From contig CP045477.1 of NCBI GenBank assembly GCA_009392915.1, positions 640,001 to 704,000 of the forward strand: DNA of 64,000 nt, read 5' to 3'. This document shows positions 1 to 8,576 of this stretch, one piece after another. The DNA comes from Candidatus Forterrea multitransposorum CG_2015-17_Forterrea_25_41. Its GTDB lineage: Archaea; Iainarchaeota; Iainarchaeia; Iainarchaeales; CSSED10-239. The translations under genes and the position numbers were made by a program. The notes under the pieces are model-generated. The model had not been told where the DNA came from, did not search any database, and worked only from the letters and a program-made list of their open reading frames with translations. Within the stretch, counting starts at the first letter, position 1, and each line of letters begins with the position of its first letter.

Positions 1-1
1 A

Positions 2-322
2 GATGTTGAGCAAAGATTAATTGTTTCAAATGTTATTAAAAGCGTTATCTTAAAGACAGAAAAAAGTGCTTTAGTTGTAGATCATGATCTTTTATTTGTA
101 GACTATATTTCAGATAGAGTTCTTTTATTCCAAGGAGAAGCCTCTGTTAAAGGTTTTGCAAACAAAATAGATAAAATAGAAGCTTCTTTTAATAAATTTT
201 TAAAAGAACAAAACATGACTTTTAGACAAGATCCTGATACTAAAAGACCAAGAGCAAATAAACCAGACTCACAAAAAGATAAAGAACAAAGAAAAGATAA
301 TAGTTATTATTATACTATTTAA
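2..322 (+). CDS. ABCE1 (RNase L inhibitor / ribosome recycling ATPase) C-terminal fragment, 5' end outside window
   Basis: Frame 2 translates without stops to ...VVDHDLLFVDYISDRVLLFQGEASVKGFANKIDKIEASFNKFL...FRQDPDTKRPRANKPDSQKDKEQRKDNSYYYTI*. This matches the conserved ABCE1 C-terminus (FRRDP..RPRINK..S.KD.EQK..G.YFF). Stop at 320-322. Confidence 0.6.
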   Translation, partial: DVEQRLIVSNVIKSVILKTEKSALVVDHDLLFVDYISDRVLLFQGEASVKGFANKIDKIEASFNKFLKEQNMTFRQDPDTKRPRANKPDSQKDKEQRKDNSYYYTI

Positions 323-819
323 GGTCTTCTTTGGAAAATAATTTCTGCAGAAATATAATTATCTACAATTGAAACATTACAATCAGATAAATCACCAGAA
401 ACATCTATTTCTTTATCAAAATAAACTTCTTTTGAAATTTCAGAAGTAATATTTGAAGATTGATTATTACATAATAAATCTAATTTTCCAGAATATCTGT
501 CTCCTGAAAGAGCAGAATTTTCAATTGTAATATCACAATCAAGGCTATTTTTATTTGTTTCATTTAACATAGATGAAAGATAATTATTAACTCTTGAATC
601 ATAATTATTTTTTGTTGCAATTGAACAACTATTAAAAGTTTCATCCAGCAAAGAATCTACAACAATATTATCTGCTGATAAGGCTAAAAGAGAAACATGA
701 TTATAAGAATTTGTTATAACTTCTGTGTTATCAGAAATAATTATTGAAGGAGTTAAAAAAACTATAACAATTAATAAAATAATTCCACTAAACAAACCTT
801 TTTCCATCAAACCCCTCAC
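319..819 (-). CDS. archaeal type IV pilin-like protein (class III signal peptide)
   Basis: N-terminus MEKG|LFSGIILLIVIVF has K-G followed by a hydrophobic helix, like prepilin peptidase (PibD/FlaK) sites. Cys-containing, rich in N-x-S/T sequons; fourth gene of a tandem pilin-like array. Confidence 0.45.
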   Translation of the reverse strand: MRGLMEKGLFSGIILLIVIVFLTPSIIISDNTEVITNSYNHVSLLALSADNIVVDSLLDETFNSCSIATKNNYDSRVNNYLSSMLNETNKNSLDCDITIENSALSGDRYSGKLDLLCNNQSSNITSEISKEVYFDKEIDVSGDLSDCNVSIVDNYISAEIIFQRRP

Positions 820-1090
820 AATAAACTTTAGTTTCTAAATCATTATAACCATTATCAGTTGAAGTAAAATCATAATAAAAATATTCAGTACACCAGTAAT
901 ACTCAGCTAGACTTGTAACTTCTCCTTCTCCTGAATTAAACTCATTGTAGTTAAGTGAATTTAAAATTACTTGCTTATCTGTATTAACTGACCTATAAAC
1001 AACAAAAGTTGTAAGTGTTAAAAACAAAATAAATATCATTACATAATGAAGAGTTGTAATTGTTAAAATATATCCTTTATTTTGTTTCAT
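788..1090 (-). CDS. small pilin-like protein (class III signal peptide)
   Basis: MKQNKG|YILTITTLHYVMIFILFLTL: a charged patch with K-G and then a TM helix. 100 aa; sits in the array with three other pilin-like genes. Confidence 0.4.
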   Translation of the reverse strand: MKQNKGYILTITTLHYVMIFILFLTLTTFVVYRSVNTDKQVILNSLNYNEFNSGEGEVTSLAEYYWCTEYFYYDFTSTDNGYNDLETKVYCEGFDGKRFV

Positions 1091-1600
1091 TTATCTCCAC
1101 ACCTTTAAATTTAGTTCTTGTTTAGTATCTAAAATATTATCATTACCAGATAAACTATCAATATACCTTTTTTTATTAATTGCAAAGTTTGGTGTAATTG
1201 AAACATTAAAATCTATAGAATAATAATTATCAATTGATGGATCTAAAACATCAGTACATTCATTTGTAGTAAAAGCATAACTTGTAAGAGAACATTTATA
1301 GTTTGTAGGAATCCCTAGATTGTTTTTTGAAATATTTGAATTTTCAGTAAGGCATGCAGGAATATGATATCTATTATGAGAATCAAAAGCATAACAATTA
1401 ATATATGGATTATTAACTATATTTTTAAAAGCCATTTTTCCAACATTGTTTAATTGAGAATTAATATTATCTGTTGTTGTAGAATAAACTTTTGATTCAA
1501 CAATATTTACTAAAAGGAAAGAAACAAGTATGATTAGAACAACTGAAAAAAGAATATCTAAAACCATAATTTGTCCTTTTTTATTTTTAATCATAATCAA
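1091..1600 (-). CDS. archaeal type IV pilin-like protein
   Basis: MIMIKNKKG|QIMVLDILFSVVLIILV: KKG-Q then a hydrophobic stretch with an acidic residue near +6, the classic class III signal peptide. Many N-glycosylation sequons. Confidence 0.5.
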   Translation of the reverse strand: MIMIKNKKGQIMVLDILFSVVLIILVSFLLVNIVESKVYSTTTDNINSQLNNVGKMAFKNIVNNPYINCYAFDSHNRYHIPACLTENSNISKNNLGIPTNYKCSLTSYAFTTNECTDVLDPSIDNYYSIDFNVSITPNFAINKKRYIDSLSGNDNILDTKQELNLKVWR

Positions 1601-2070
1601 TCACAAACAATATCTCCAGAACTATTATAACAAGTTACTATTTCTCCACAGTATTTCTCAAAATCACTAAAAGAAAATTTAGTGTTGTTTAAAGACATGT
1701 TTTGATCGTAATAAATAACAGAATCATCATACTCTACAATCATATTTAAAAAACCAGGGTTAATAATAAACTTACATTCTACATTCTTAGAAGGAATCGT
1801 AATGTTTGGAATTTTAAAAGTATTTTCAAAACTTACATTAAAATTATTATCAACAACATCAGTTACAAATATTTCTTGAGACTTTAAAAAACTATAAAGA
1901 GAATCTGAAATTTGAGATTGTTGTTCTTTTATTTTATATAACTCAATTGTTTCAACAGTATTGTTTGAAAGATCATTAAATACAGTTATAAATATTATTA
2001 GAAAGATAATAATGATTACAACTTCAATTGAAACTTGAGCTTTTTTATTTCTATTCATAAATATTAACAA
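1597..2070 (-). CDS. archaeal type IV pilin-like protein
   Basis: MNRNKKA|QVSIEVVIIIIFLIIF: Q at +1 and E at +5 after the KKA cleavage site, a canonical prepilin motif. First gene of the array; overlaps the next gene by 4 nt. Confidence 0.5.
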   Translation of the reverse strand: MLIFMNRNKKAQVSIEVVIIIIFLIIFITVFNDLSNNTVETIELYKIKEQQSQISDSLYSFLKSQEIFVTDVVDNNFNVSFENTFKIPNITIPSKNVECKFIINPGFLNMIVEYDDSVIYYDQNMSLNNTKFSFSDFEKYCGEIVTCYNSSGDIVCD

Positions 2071-2145
2071 TTAATTAGTTATATATTATAAAATAGAATA
2101 AAACATTTATAAACATTAGCAATTTAAAGAAAAAAAAGAAAAAAA

Positions 2146-2412
2146 TTAAAGTAAAGTAGATACTTCAATTTCTATGTCTCTAACACCATCAATAGCTTTA
2201 ATAGCATCTTCAAGTTTATCTAAAAGACCATCTATTTTATCAGGGAAGACAACTCCTAACTTAATTACTTTTAAACCAAAAGCAATTGGTTCAATTTCAA
2301 GCTTTGCAACTTTGAAAGGATCACCAAAACCTTTTTCTAAAGATTCTTTGATCTTATCAATATCTTCTATTTCCTCAGGGTATACTTTGTATACTGAAAG
2401 AATGTCACCCAT
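2146..2412 (-). CDS. translation elongation factor aEF-1 beta
   Basis: 88 aa, MGDILSVYKVYPEE...EIEPIAFGLKVIKLGVVFPD...IDGVRDIEIEVSTLL. Length and EPIAFGLK core match the archaeal EF-1beta family. Confidence 0.8.
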   Translation of the reverse strand: MGDILSVYKVYPEEIEDIDKIKESLEKGFGDPFKVAKLEIEPIAFGLKVIKLGVVFPDKIDGLLDKLEDAIKAIDGVRDIEIEVSTLL

Positions 2413-2458
2413 AAATAATTCACCTACATTATGTTTTTAAAAATAATAAATTTAATAC

Positions 2459-2614
2459 CTAAGGACCTATAAATGAACAACTTGGACACTTATATTTCTT
2501 TGATATAGATTTACATCTGTTACATCTAATAATTTCTACTTTCCCGCAGTTTGGGCATTTAAATTTTGTGAAATTATCTGTAACTTCTATATTACAACTA
2601 CTGCATCTATCCAT
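2459..2614 (-). CDS. small Zn-ribbon protein (COG2888-like), 51 aa
   Basis: Hand-translated: MDRCSSCNIEVTDNFTKFKCPNCGKVEIIRCNRCKSISKKYKCPSCSFIGP*, with four CxxC pairs. A Zn-ribbon gene next to aEF-1beta is a common archaeal arrangement. Not in the ORF track because it is under 60 aa. Confidence 0.5.
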   Translation of the reverse strand: MDRCSSCNIEVTDNFTKFKCPNCGKVEIIRCNRCKSISKKYKCPSCSFIGP

Positions 2615-2705
2615 TAGTAATGCACCTCTAATTTTTTTAAAAAGAATAATTATATATTAACTTAAAACTATATATATTTAATAAACAAATCATTTTTAAA
2701 AGGGT

Positions 2706-2778
2706 GGGGTTGTAGCATAGTGGATAGTGCAGTTGGCTTCGGACCAACAGGTCGTGGGTTCAAATCCCACCAACCCCT
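2706..2778 (+). tRNA. tRNA-Arg (anticodon TCG)
   Basis: Cloverleaf by hand: acceptor GGGGTTG/CAACCCC, D-stem GCAT/GTGC, anticodon stem GTTGG/CCAAC with loop CTTCGGA (T33, anticodon TCG, G37), T-arm GTGGG-TTCAAAT-CCCAC. No CCA is encoded. Confidence 0.8.
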
Positions 2779-2812
2779 TTTTTCTATTTTTTTAAAAAAA
2801 TTAGAAAGAGAA

Positions 2813-3475
2813 CTATAAATCTTTTTCTTCTAAGATATCAAAGACAATAAGCTTTGAAGGAATATTTTGTAATTCCATCTCTTCTCTTAAATTTTCAGGA
2901 GTATATTTTAAAACTTCAAAGGTATCATAATGCATTGGAATTACAATTTTTGGTTTTAAAAGATTTAAAGCATAACAAGCTTCTTTTGGTCCCATATTAA
3001 ACCTACCATCAATAGGAAGCATCACAATTTCTGGAGCATATAAATCTTTAATAATTTTCATATCTAAAAAAACATTTGTATCTCCTGCAAAATAAATACT
3101 TCTTTGATCATATCTAATAATAAAACCTACAGGAACCCCTTTATTTGAGGAATGCTCAGCTTTAACAAAAGTAAAAGAAATACCTTTATAATCAATTGTT
3201 CCACCTAAATTCCCACCAATTGTTGGAACATGAAATTTATTTAGTTCTTGAGCAAGATCAAAAATTGTAATAATCTCTGCACCAGAATGTTTAGAAATCT
3301 CAATTGCATCTCCTAAATGATCGTGATGATCATGAGTTAATAGAATAACATCTGGCTTAACATCTAAAACACCCATTTTAGATAAAGGATTGTTTGTTAT
3401 AAAAGGATCTAAAAGAATTTTAATATTATTAATTGTGATTAAAAAACAAGAATGTCCAATGTATTTAATATTCAT
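2813..3475 (-). CDS. metallo-beta-lactamase-fold metal-dependent hydrolase (UPF0173-like)
   Basis: LLTHDHHDHLGD motif (HxHxDH) plus downstream His/Asp ligands; 220 aa. Overlaps the upstream gene by 4 nt. Confidence 0.7.
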   Translation of the reverse strand: MNIKYIGHSCFLITINNIKILLDPFITNNPLSKMGVLDVKPDVILLTHDHHDHLGDAIEISKHSGAEIITIFDLAQELNKFHVPTIGGNLGGTIDYKGISFTFVKAEHSSNKGVPVGFIIRYDQRSIYFAGDTNVFLDMKIIKDLYAPEIVMLPIDGRFNMGPKEACYALNLLKPKIVIPMHYDTFEVLKYTPENLREEMELQNIPSKLIVFDILEEKDL

Positions 3476-4329
3476 GATTTAAGCTCCTCACTTTTTTTAT
3501 TAATTTTTTCAATAATTGTAAATGGTCCAAAGAAATAAACTTTTCCAAAACTAAATCTTACTAAAATATCATTAATATAGATTTTAAACCTAATAGATAG
3601 ACTTTGTTCAAAATCTTTTAAAAGAAATTCTTTAAAAGAATCAAAATCTTTAATATTTAACTTAAAAGTAAAATCATTTTTTTTAATAAAAATATTATTA
3701 CTCTCAAAAAAAGTTATAGTCTGAGGATATTGATTTGAGCAATCAATAGTTAGTTCTTCAAAAGAATAAAGTTCTAAAACATGTTTAAAAATATCAAATG
3801 TTTTAGCATTAAGGTTAAAAATTAAATAATCTTCAAAATTTTCATTTTTTAAAATAGTTATATGGTTTGAAAGAATAGATGAGATGTAAGCATAATGAGA
3901 AACACTTGAATCAATTTCTTTTTTTAAAATTTCAAGATCACTTATATAAAAATTAGAACTTGTTTTTCCTGTTTTTAAAAAACTAGGATCTTGCTTACTT
4001 CTTTCAAGAAATATTTGTAAATTTTTTACAATCTCATCAACATCTTCTAAAGAACTTTTCTTTCTTGATTTTTCTAAAAGATCATTTATGTTAATTAAAA
4101 TTTTATTTTTAAGTTTAGACTCAATTGTCTGTCTTCCTTTTTCTGTTAAAAAATAATCATCATTATTCTTTTCAACTTCACCAAAAGCCACTAAATTTTT
4201 TAAAGCTCTTGAAAGAGCAGCTTTTGCAGAATTGACTGATGAATAGTTTGAAACCATTTTTGTTAAAAGATCATTATAATTTGTTTTCTTTTGACTTATC
4301 TGTAAAAGAATTGAATCTGAAAGAGCCAT
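3472..4329 (-). CDS. hypothetical protein with N-terminal winged-helix domain
   Basis: The N-terminus (AKAALSRALKNLVAFGEVEK...YFLTEKGRQTI) resembles a PadR/MarR-like wHTH. The C-terminal ~200 aa have no recognisable motifs. Translationally coupled to the MBL hydrolase. Confidence 0.4.
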   Translation of the reverse strand: MALSDSILLQISQKKTNYNDLLTKMVSNYSSVNSAKAALSRALKNLVAFGEVEKNNDDYFLTEKGRQTIESKLKNKILININDLLEKSRKKSSLEDVDEIVKNLQIFLERSKQDPSFLKTGKTSSNFYISDLEILKKEIDSSVSHYAYISSILSNHITILKNENFEDYLIFNLNAKTFDIFKHVLELYSFEELTIDCSNQYPQTITFFESNNIFIKKNDFTFKLNIKDFDSFKEFLLKDFEQSLSIRFKIYINDILVRFSFGKVYFFGPFTIIEKINKKSEELKS

Positions 4330-4514
4330 ATATATATTTCACATCTTAAAATATTATTAATTACTAAATAATTATTAGAAGGAAAAATATATAAAGACAT
4401 GTTAACATATTTATGTATTAACAAAGAAGTGTTAAGAGAAAAAAGAATATTTTATAAATCGTTTTGTGAAATAAATATATATAAGGAATTATTTTTAGAA
4501 AAGGAGGAGAATAT

Positions 4515-4724
4515 ATGTCAGAATTACCAATAGCAGCAATAGACAGACTTATTAGGAAAGCAGGGGCTGAGAGAGTCTCTGAAGATGCAGCAGAAGAACT
4601 TGGAAAAATATTATCAGAAGTTGCAATAGACATATCAAAACAAGCAATAGAACTTGCAAGACATGCAAAAAGAAAAACAGTAACATCAGAAGATATTAAA
4701 CTTGCTACAAAAACAATGCAATAA
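4515..4724 (+). CDS. archaeal histone (HMf/HTa family histone fold)
   Basis: 69 aa, MSELPIAAIDRLIRKAGAERVSEDAAEELGKILSEVAIDISKQAIELARHAKRKTVTSEDIKLA. This matches the archaeal histone fold signature (PIAPVgRIiKkAGAeRVS...A..L...lE....eI...A...A.HAgRKTV..eDi.LA). A GGAGG Shine-Dalgarno-like sequence precedes it. Confidence 0.8.
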   Translation: MSELPIAAIDRLIRKAGAERVSEDAAEELGKILSEVAIDISKQAIELARHAKRKTVTSEDIKLATKTMQ

Positions 4725-4734
4725 AGGTTTTTTT

Positions 4735-5577
4735 ATGGATAGATTTGACCTACATACACACACTCATTTTTCAGATGGAAAGTTAAGTCCAACAGAATTA
4801 GTGATAAAGGCTAAGGAAATTGGACTAAAAGGAATTTCAATCACAGATCATGATAGTATAGAAGGGTATTTTGAAGCAGAAAAAGCAGCAGAGAAAAACA
4901 ACCTAACCCTTATCTCTGGGGTTGAGATTCAAGGAATGGGTACAGAGATTTTAGGATATGGTTTTGATCCTAAGGATAATTATCTTGAAATGTTTCTTGA
5001 AAAACAAAGAATACAGAGAAAAAAGTTTATTAAAAAAAAAATAGAAGGACTTTTAGAGTATGGTATAGAAATTGACTATAATGAAGTTTTAGAAAACTCA
5101 GGAAAAGGTCAAAACCCTAATTCTGCAAATATAGCACAAGTAATGGTTGAAAAAAGACATGTAAAAAGCCTTGATGAAGCATTTAGTGAATATTTAAGAG
5201 AGATTAGAGTTAGACTTGAAACTCCTCCTACTAGAACAAAAAAAGTTATTCAAATTATTAAAGATGCACAAGGAATACCTGTACTTCCACATCCATGGTA
5301 TCTTAAGGATTTTCAAAAGGCAGAAATTGAATCTTTTATATTAAAATTAGTTTCAGAAGGTCTTTTAGGAATAGAAACTAATGGATATATTCCAGAAGAT
5401 TTAATAAAATATAAAAATACTGTTTTTATGGATAAAATAAAAGAACTTACTAAAAAATACGAGCTAATTGAAACTGCAGGCTCTGATTTTCATGGAGATC
5501 TAGTACATGAAAATAATGTTTTAGGAAAATACACTGTTTCTAAAAAAACAATTTTACAATTAAGCTCTAAAGCTTAG
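4735..5577 (+). CDS. PHP-domain metal-dependent phosphoesterase
   Basis: MDRFDLHTHTHFSDG...GISITDHDSIEG carries the PHP motifs (HxH, DH). ATG at 4735 chosen rather than the upstream alternative start at 4702, which overlaps the histone gene. Confidence 0.65.
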   Translation: MDRFDLHTHTHFSDGKLSPTELVIKAKEIGLKGISITDHDSIEGYFEAEKAAEKNNLTLISGVEIQGMGTEILGYGFDPKDNYLEMFLEKQRIQRKKFIKKKIEGLLEYGIEIDYNEVLENSGKGQNPNSANIAQVMVEKRHVKSLDEAFSEYLREIRVRLETPPTRTKKVIQIIKDAQGIPVLPHPWYLKDFQKAEIESFILKLVSEGLLGIETNGYIPEDLIKYKNTVFMDKIKELTKKYELIETAGSDFHGDLVHENNVLGKYTVSKKTILQLSSKA

Positions 5578-6136
5578 ATTTTACAAAATCTAATGTTTTT
5601 TTAAAGACTTGATCTATGTTTATGTTTGTAGTATCTAAAACATAGTTGAAAACAGATAAATCTTTACCAAAATCAAAACCATAAATTTTTTTATAATGAG
5701 CTCTATTAAACTTATCTTTTTTTCTTAAAATTTTATCTGCAGATTCTAAAGAAATTTTATTTCTTAAAGCCATTCTTTCAGCTCTTATCTTATGAGTTGC
5801 TTTAAGCCAAATTTTTAAAACCCCTTTTTTCTTTTTTAAAAGATAAGGAAGAGTTGAAGAATCTAAAACAATATTTTCATTTTCTTTAACTAAAGAAAGC
5901 AAATATTTATCTAAATTTTTATCAAAAGAAAAATCATTTTTTCTAACAACCATAAGATTTGATTTTTCATACCAACCTTTATTCATTTTAGTTTTTTCAG
6001 AAATTGTTTTTTGATTATCTGTAAATTGTTTTAAAACATCAGAAGTATGAACAACTTTATATTTTAGTTGTTTACCTAAATACCTCGAAACCATGCTTTT
6101 ACCAGAAGCTGCATACCCACAAACTAAGATAATCAT
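5567..6136 (-). CDS. cmk: archaeal-type cytidylate (CMP) kinase
   Basis: P-loop MIILVCGYAASGKS. The C-terminal half (LKIWLKATHKIRAERMALRNKISLESA...YKKIYGFDFGKDLSVFNYVLDTT) matches archaeal Cmk (LKIWLDAP.EVRAKRIA.REG...YKEIYGIDIDDLSIYDLVINT). Confidence 0.65.
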   Translation of the reverse strand: MIILVCGYAASGKSMVSRYLGKQLKYKVVHTSDVLKQFTDNQKTISEKTKMNKGWYEKSNLMVVRKNDFSFDKNLDKYLLSLVKENENIVLDSSTLPYLLKKKKGVLKIWLKATHKIRAERMALRNKISLESADKILRKKDKFNRAHYKKIYGFDFGKDLSVFNYVLDTTNINIDQVFKKTLDFVKSKL

Positions 6137-6248
6137 AAATAATCACATATATATTATATAGCAAAGATTTTTAAAACAAATATATTTATAAAACCATATA
6201 GTAACTAATAATATTGGACAAAAAAACATTAAAAAGTGGGGAAAATAA

Positions 6249-6662
6249 ATGGTTGTTAAAGATTCATTGAATGATTTTAAAAAAATTAGTAGTCTAGATT
6301 CATCTTGTCAAGAACTGCATATTACAAAGTCTTTTTCAATAAAAATAATTACAAAAATAATTACAAAATGTAAAAGACTAAAGTTAATAACACTTTCAAA
6401 AACAACAAAAGAAAGAATGGGTGAAAATACAAAAAAATTATTAAAATCAAAAAAAATAGCCCTTCAGATTAAAAATGAACAAGGAAGACCTATTGATATA
6501 CCTGCATCAAAACTTAAAAAAATTATTGAGATGCACAAAGATTTTTCATACAGAGAACTTGAAGAAAAATTAAAAGTTCCAAAAAGCACTATTCATTATT
6601 TAATTAGAAAATCTAAGAAAAAGAAATTAAAAGATGGAAAGAAAATTATTTATTTAAAATAA
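6249..6662 (+). CDS. hypothetical small protein with C-terminal HTH
   Basis: A C-terminal HTH-like segment is followed by a K-rich tail. Contains an internal IITKIITK repeat from a 12-nt tandem repeat. No family assignment. Confidence 0.3.
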   Translation: MVVKDSLNDFKKISSLDSSCQELHITKSFSIKIITKIITKCKRLKLITLSKTTKERMGENTKKLLKSKKIALQIKNEQGRPIDIPASKLKKIIEMHKDFSYRELEEKLKVPKSTIHYLIRKSKKKKLKDGKKIIYLK

Positions 6663-7097
6663 TTTTTCCATTTTAATAGAAGATCCAAAAAAATCAGAAT
6701 TATGGTTTTTTATTTTTTTATAACCTAATTTTGAATAAAAATTAATTGCTGTTAAAGAAGAATAAATAATTACAGAAGAAAAGTTTTTTTTTATTTCTTC
6801 TTCAGCAAAAAAAACTAATTTAGAACCTAAACCTTTTTTAAAAGAAAAAGGTGAAACATATAAAGAATAAATTTGGTTTTCAGAAATACAAATCGTTCCA
6901 ATAATTTTATTTAGATCTTCTAGAACATATATATTTTTTTCTTTAGAGCTAGTTATAATTTTTGAAATAGAATAATGACTTAGCATGTTACTAATTACTT
7001 TTTTAGAATAATCTTTAGAATTAACATTTAAAAGACAATCACTAATAATTACATTTAGTTCTTTAGCATCATCTAATTTAAATTTTCTAATTTTCAT
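6654..7097 (-). CDS. GNAT-family N-acetyltransferase
   Basis: 147 aa; the ...IYSLYVSPFSFKKGLGSKLVFFAEEE... segment resembles GNAT motif A (Q/R-x-x-G-x-G/A). Confidence 0.55.
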   Translation of the reverse strand: MKIRKFKLDDAKELNVIISDCLLNVNSKDYSKKVISNMLSHYSISKIITSSKEKNIYVLEDLNKIIGTICISENQIYSLYVSPFSFKKGLGSKLVFFAEEEIKKNFSSVIIYSSLTAINFYSKLGYKKIKNHNSDFFGSSIKMEKLF

Positions 7098-7137
7098 AAC
7101 ATTAATTTATATAAAGTTAAATTGCTTAAAAATTAAT

Positions 7138-7485
7138 TTAAGCAATTCCTTCAGTATTTGATTCATCCTTTGGTTTATCTTCTTTTTTGTTTTCTTTAGA
7201 TAAATCATTTAATCTTTTTAAAGTGTCGTTTTCTTGTTTTTCAACAGTTTTTAATCTTAATTCAACTGTTTCTTTAGTTTCTTTTGTTTCTTTAATAACA
7301 TCAGTTTTATCTTTTAAAATAAAAATGTTACCAACACCTTTGTAAACTTTAGTTTCTTTTGTATTTTCAAGTTCTTTAACTGTGCTATCTAACACATTTA
7401 CTTGAACTTGTAATTGTTGTTTTTGTTGAGATAAATACATTAATTGTTGTCTATAAGTATTTACCATATTATTATCTTTACTCAT
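7138..7485 (-). CDS. pfdB: prefoldin beta subunit
   Basis: Coiled-coil protein of 115 aa: QQLQVQVNVLDSTVKELENT...VYKGVGNIFILKDKTDV...LRLKTVEKQENDTL. This matches the prefoldin-beta pattern and sits at the distal end of the exosome superoperon. Confidence 0.7.
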   Translation of the reverse strand: MSKDNNMVNTYRQQLMYLSQQKQQLQVQVNVLDSTVKELENTKETKVYKGVGNIFILKDKTDVIKETKETKETVELRLKTVEKQENDTLKRLNDLSKENKKEDKPKDESNTEGIA

Positions 7486-7730
7486 TTTAAATCCACCTCA
7501 TAAACTTTAGAAATTAATTCTAAAAGATTTATGTAATTATTAATTGTTGCTTTAAAAGCAATAATATCTTTAGCATAAATCTCAATAACTAATTTCTTAT
7601 TTTCAATAGTTATTCGAGAATTTGAACGATCATATTTTTTTCTATCAATTTCAAGATCTAAAATTTCTTTTAAATCTTTTGGACTTTTTGTTTTTATTTC
7701 AAAAACAATTGAAAGAACTTGATCAATCAA
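7482..7730 (-). CDS. KEOPS complex subunit Pcc1
   Basis: 82 aa. The C-terminal half (ITIENKKLVIEIYAKDIIAFKATINNYINLLELISKVYEV) aligns with Pyrococcus Pcc1 (IDFKLEGKKIILDIKATDSSALRGTVNSYLRWIKAAIDVIEV). It occupies the conserved superoperon position. Confidence 0.6.
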   Translation of the reverse strand: MIDQVLSIVFEIKTKSPKDLKEILDLEIDRKKYDRSNSRITIENKKLVIEIYAKDIIAFKATINNYINLLELISKVYEVDLK

Positions 7731-8196
7731 AATTACTCACTTTAACTATTTTAAATTTAAATCCTAAATATTCTTCATTTTCAAGAAAATTAAAGACATT
7801 TTCTTCTGATGTTTGAAAAACACCAAAATTACTTTTTAAAGACAAATATTTTTTTTCAAGAAAATAAAATACTTTTTTTAAATCATTAAAAGAAGAATTT
7901 ACTGAAGAAATATATGAAAAAGACTTTAAGTGTCTTAAATCAATAACTTCAATTAAATATTCTCTTTCAAGAAAATAACTATCTTCTCTTAAAGCATAAA
8001 CTGAAAGTAAGATATTTCCTTTAATAGAAGAAACTATTAAAAAATATCTATGTCCTAAATATAATGCTTGTTTAAAAAATTTTAAAAGAGGAGTTTTTCC
8101 TCTTGGCAAATAATTCATTCCAGGAAGATATTTTGTAAGATATTTAGAAAATCTTTTTTCTAAAAGATTTGATTTCCTAGAAACTGTCACAAACAT
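7723..8196 (-). CDS. Brix-domain (Imp4-like) ribosome biogenesis protein
   Basis: MFVTVSRKSNLLEKRFSKYLTKYLPGMNYLPRGKTPLLKF...LGHRYFLIVSSIKGN matches the archaeal Brix signature (TTSRkPS...R.F.keL...P...y.RGk). Confidence 0.7.
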   Translation of the reverse strand: MFVTVSRKSNLLEKRFSKYLTKYLPGMNYLPRGKTPLLKFFKQALYLGHRYFLIVSSIKGNILLSVYALREDSYFLEREYLIEVIDLRHLKSFSYISSVNSSFNDLKKVFYFLEKKYLSLKSNFGVFQTSEENVFNFLENEEYLGFKFKIVKVSNFD

Positions 8197-8198
8197 AT

Positions 8199-8327
8199 TT
8201 AATTTGCCTTAATCTTTTTTAAAACAGGTTCTCTTTTTTTATAAAATATTCTAGAACCGCAAACTCCACATTTATCATTTTCTGGAATTGCATCATATTC
8301 AGTTTTACATCTTGCACAATAATACAT
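8199..8327 (-). CDS. rpoP: DNA-directed RNA polymerase subunit P (RpoP / Rpb12-like)
   Basis: Hand-translated 42 aa: MYYCARCKTEYDAIPENDKCGVCGSRIFYKKREPVLKKIKAN*, a CxxC...CxxC zinc ribbon. Lies between L37ae and Brix as in other archaea. Confidence 0.65.
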   Translation of the reverse strand: MYYCARCKTEYDAIPENDKCGVCGSRIFYKKREPVLKKIKAN

Positions 8328-8339
8328 TATTTTTCACCT

Positions 8340-8564
8340 TTAATTCTTTGAAGAAAGTTTATATGCAGCACCTGCTATTTCAGTTTTACATTTTGAACAT
8401 GTAAATATAGCAGAATCTCTTTTTGAAATTCTTCCCTTATATCCACAATTAGGACATACATAAGAAGATTTATCTGTTTTAGTTGCAAGAAGATATTTTT
8501 GTCTAATTCCTCTTCCGCCTCTAACACCATATTTTCCGGTTTCTTTTACTTTTTTTGTAGCCAT
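8340..8564 (-). CDS. rpl37ae: ribosomal protein L37Ae (eL43)
   Basis: MATKKVKETGKYGVRGGRGIRQKY...YVCPNCGYKGRISKRDSAIFTCSKCKTEIAGAAYKL is the canonical eL43 Zn-ribbon. Confidence 0.85.
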   Translation of the reverse strand: MATKKVKETGKYGVRGGRGIRQKYLLATKTDKSSYVCPNCGYKGRISKRDSAIFTCSKCKTEIAGAAYKLSSKN

Positions 8565-8576
8565 TTTAAATCACAT

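Noticed and set aside
2174-2440. 88-aa ORF antisense to aEF-1beta
   Set aside because: It is an exact antisense shadow of a conserved gene, with low-complexity Ser/Ile composition.
4418-4633. 71-aa ORF antisense to the histone gene
   Set aside because: It overlaps the well-supported histone CDS on the opposite strand, so it is spurious.
6341-6370. 12-nt tandem duplication (AATAATTACAAA x2) giving an IITKIITK protein repeat
   Set aside because: It is a single tandem duplication inside a hypothetical ORF, not a repeat array or CRISPR.
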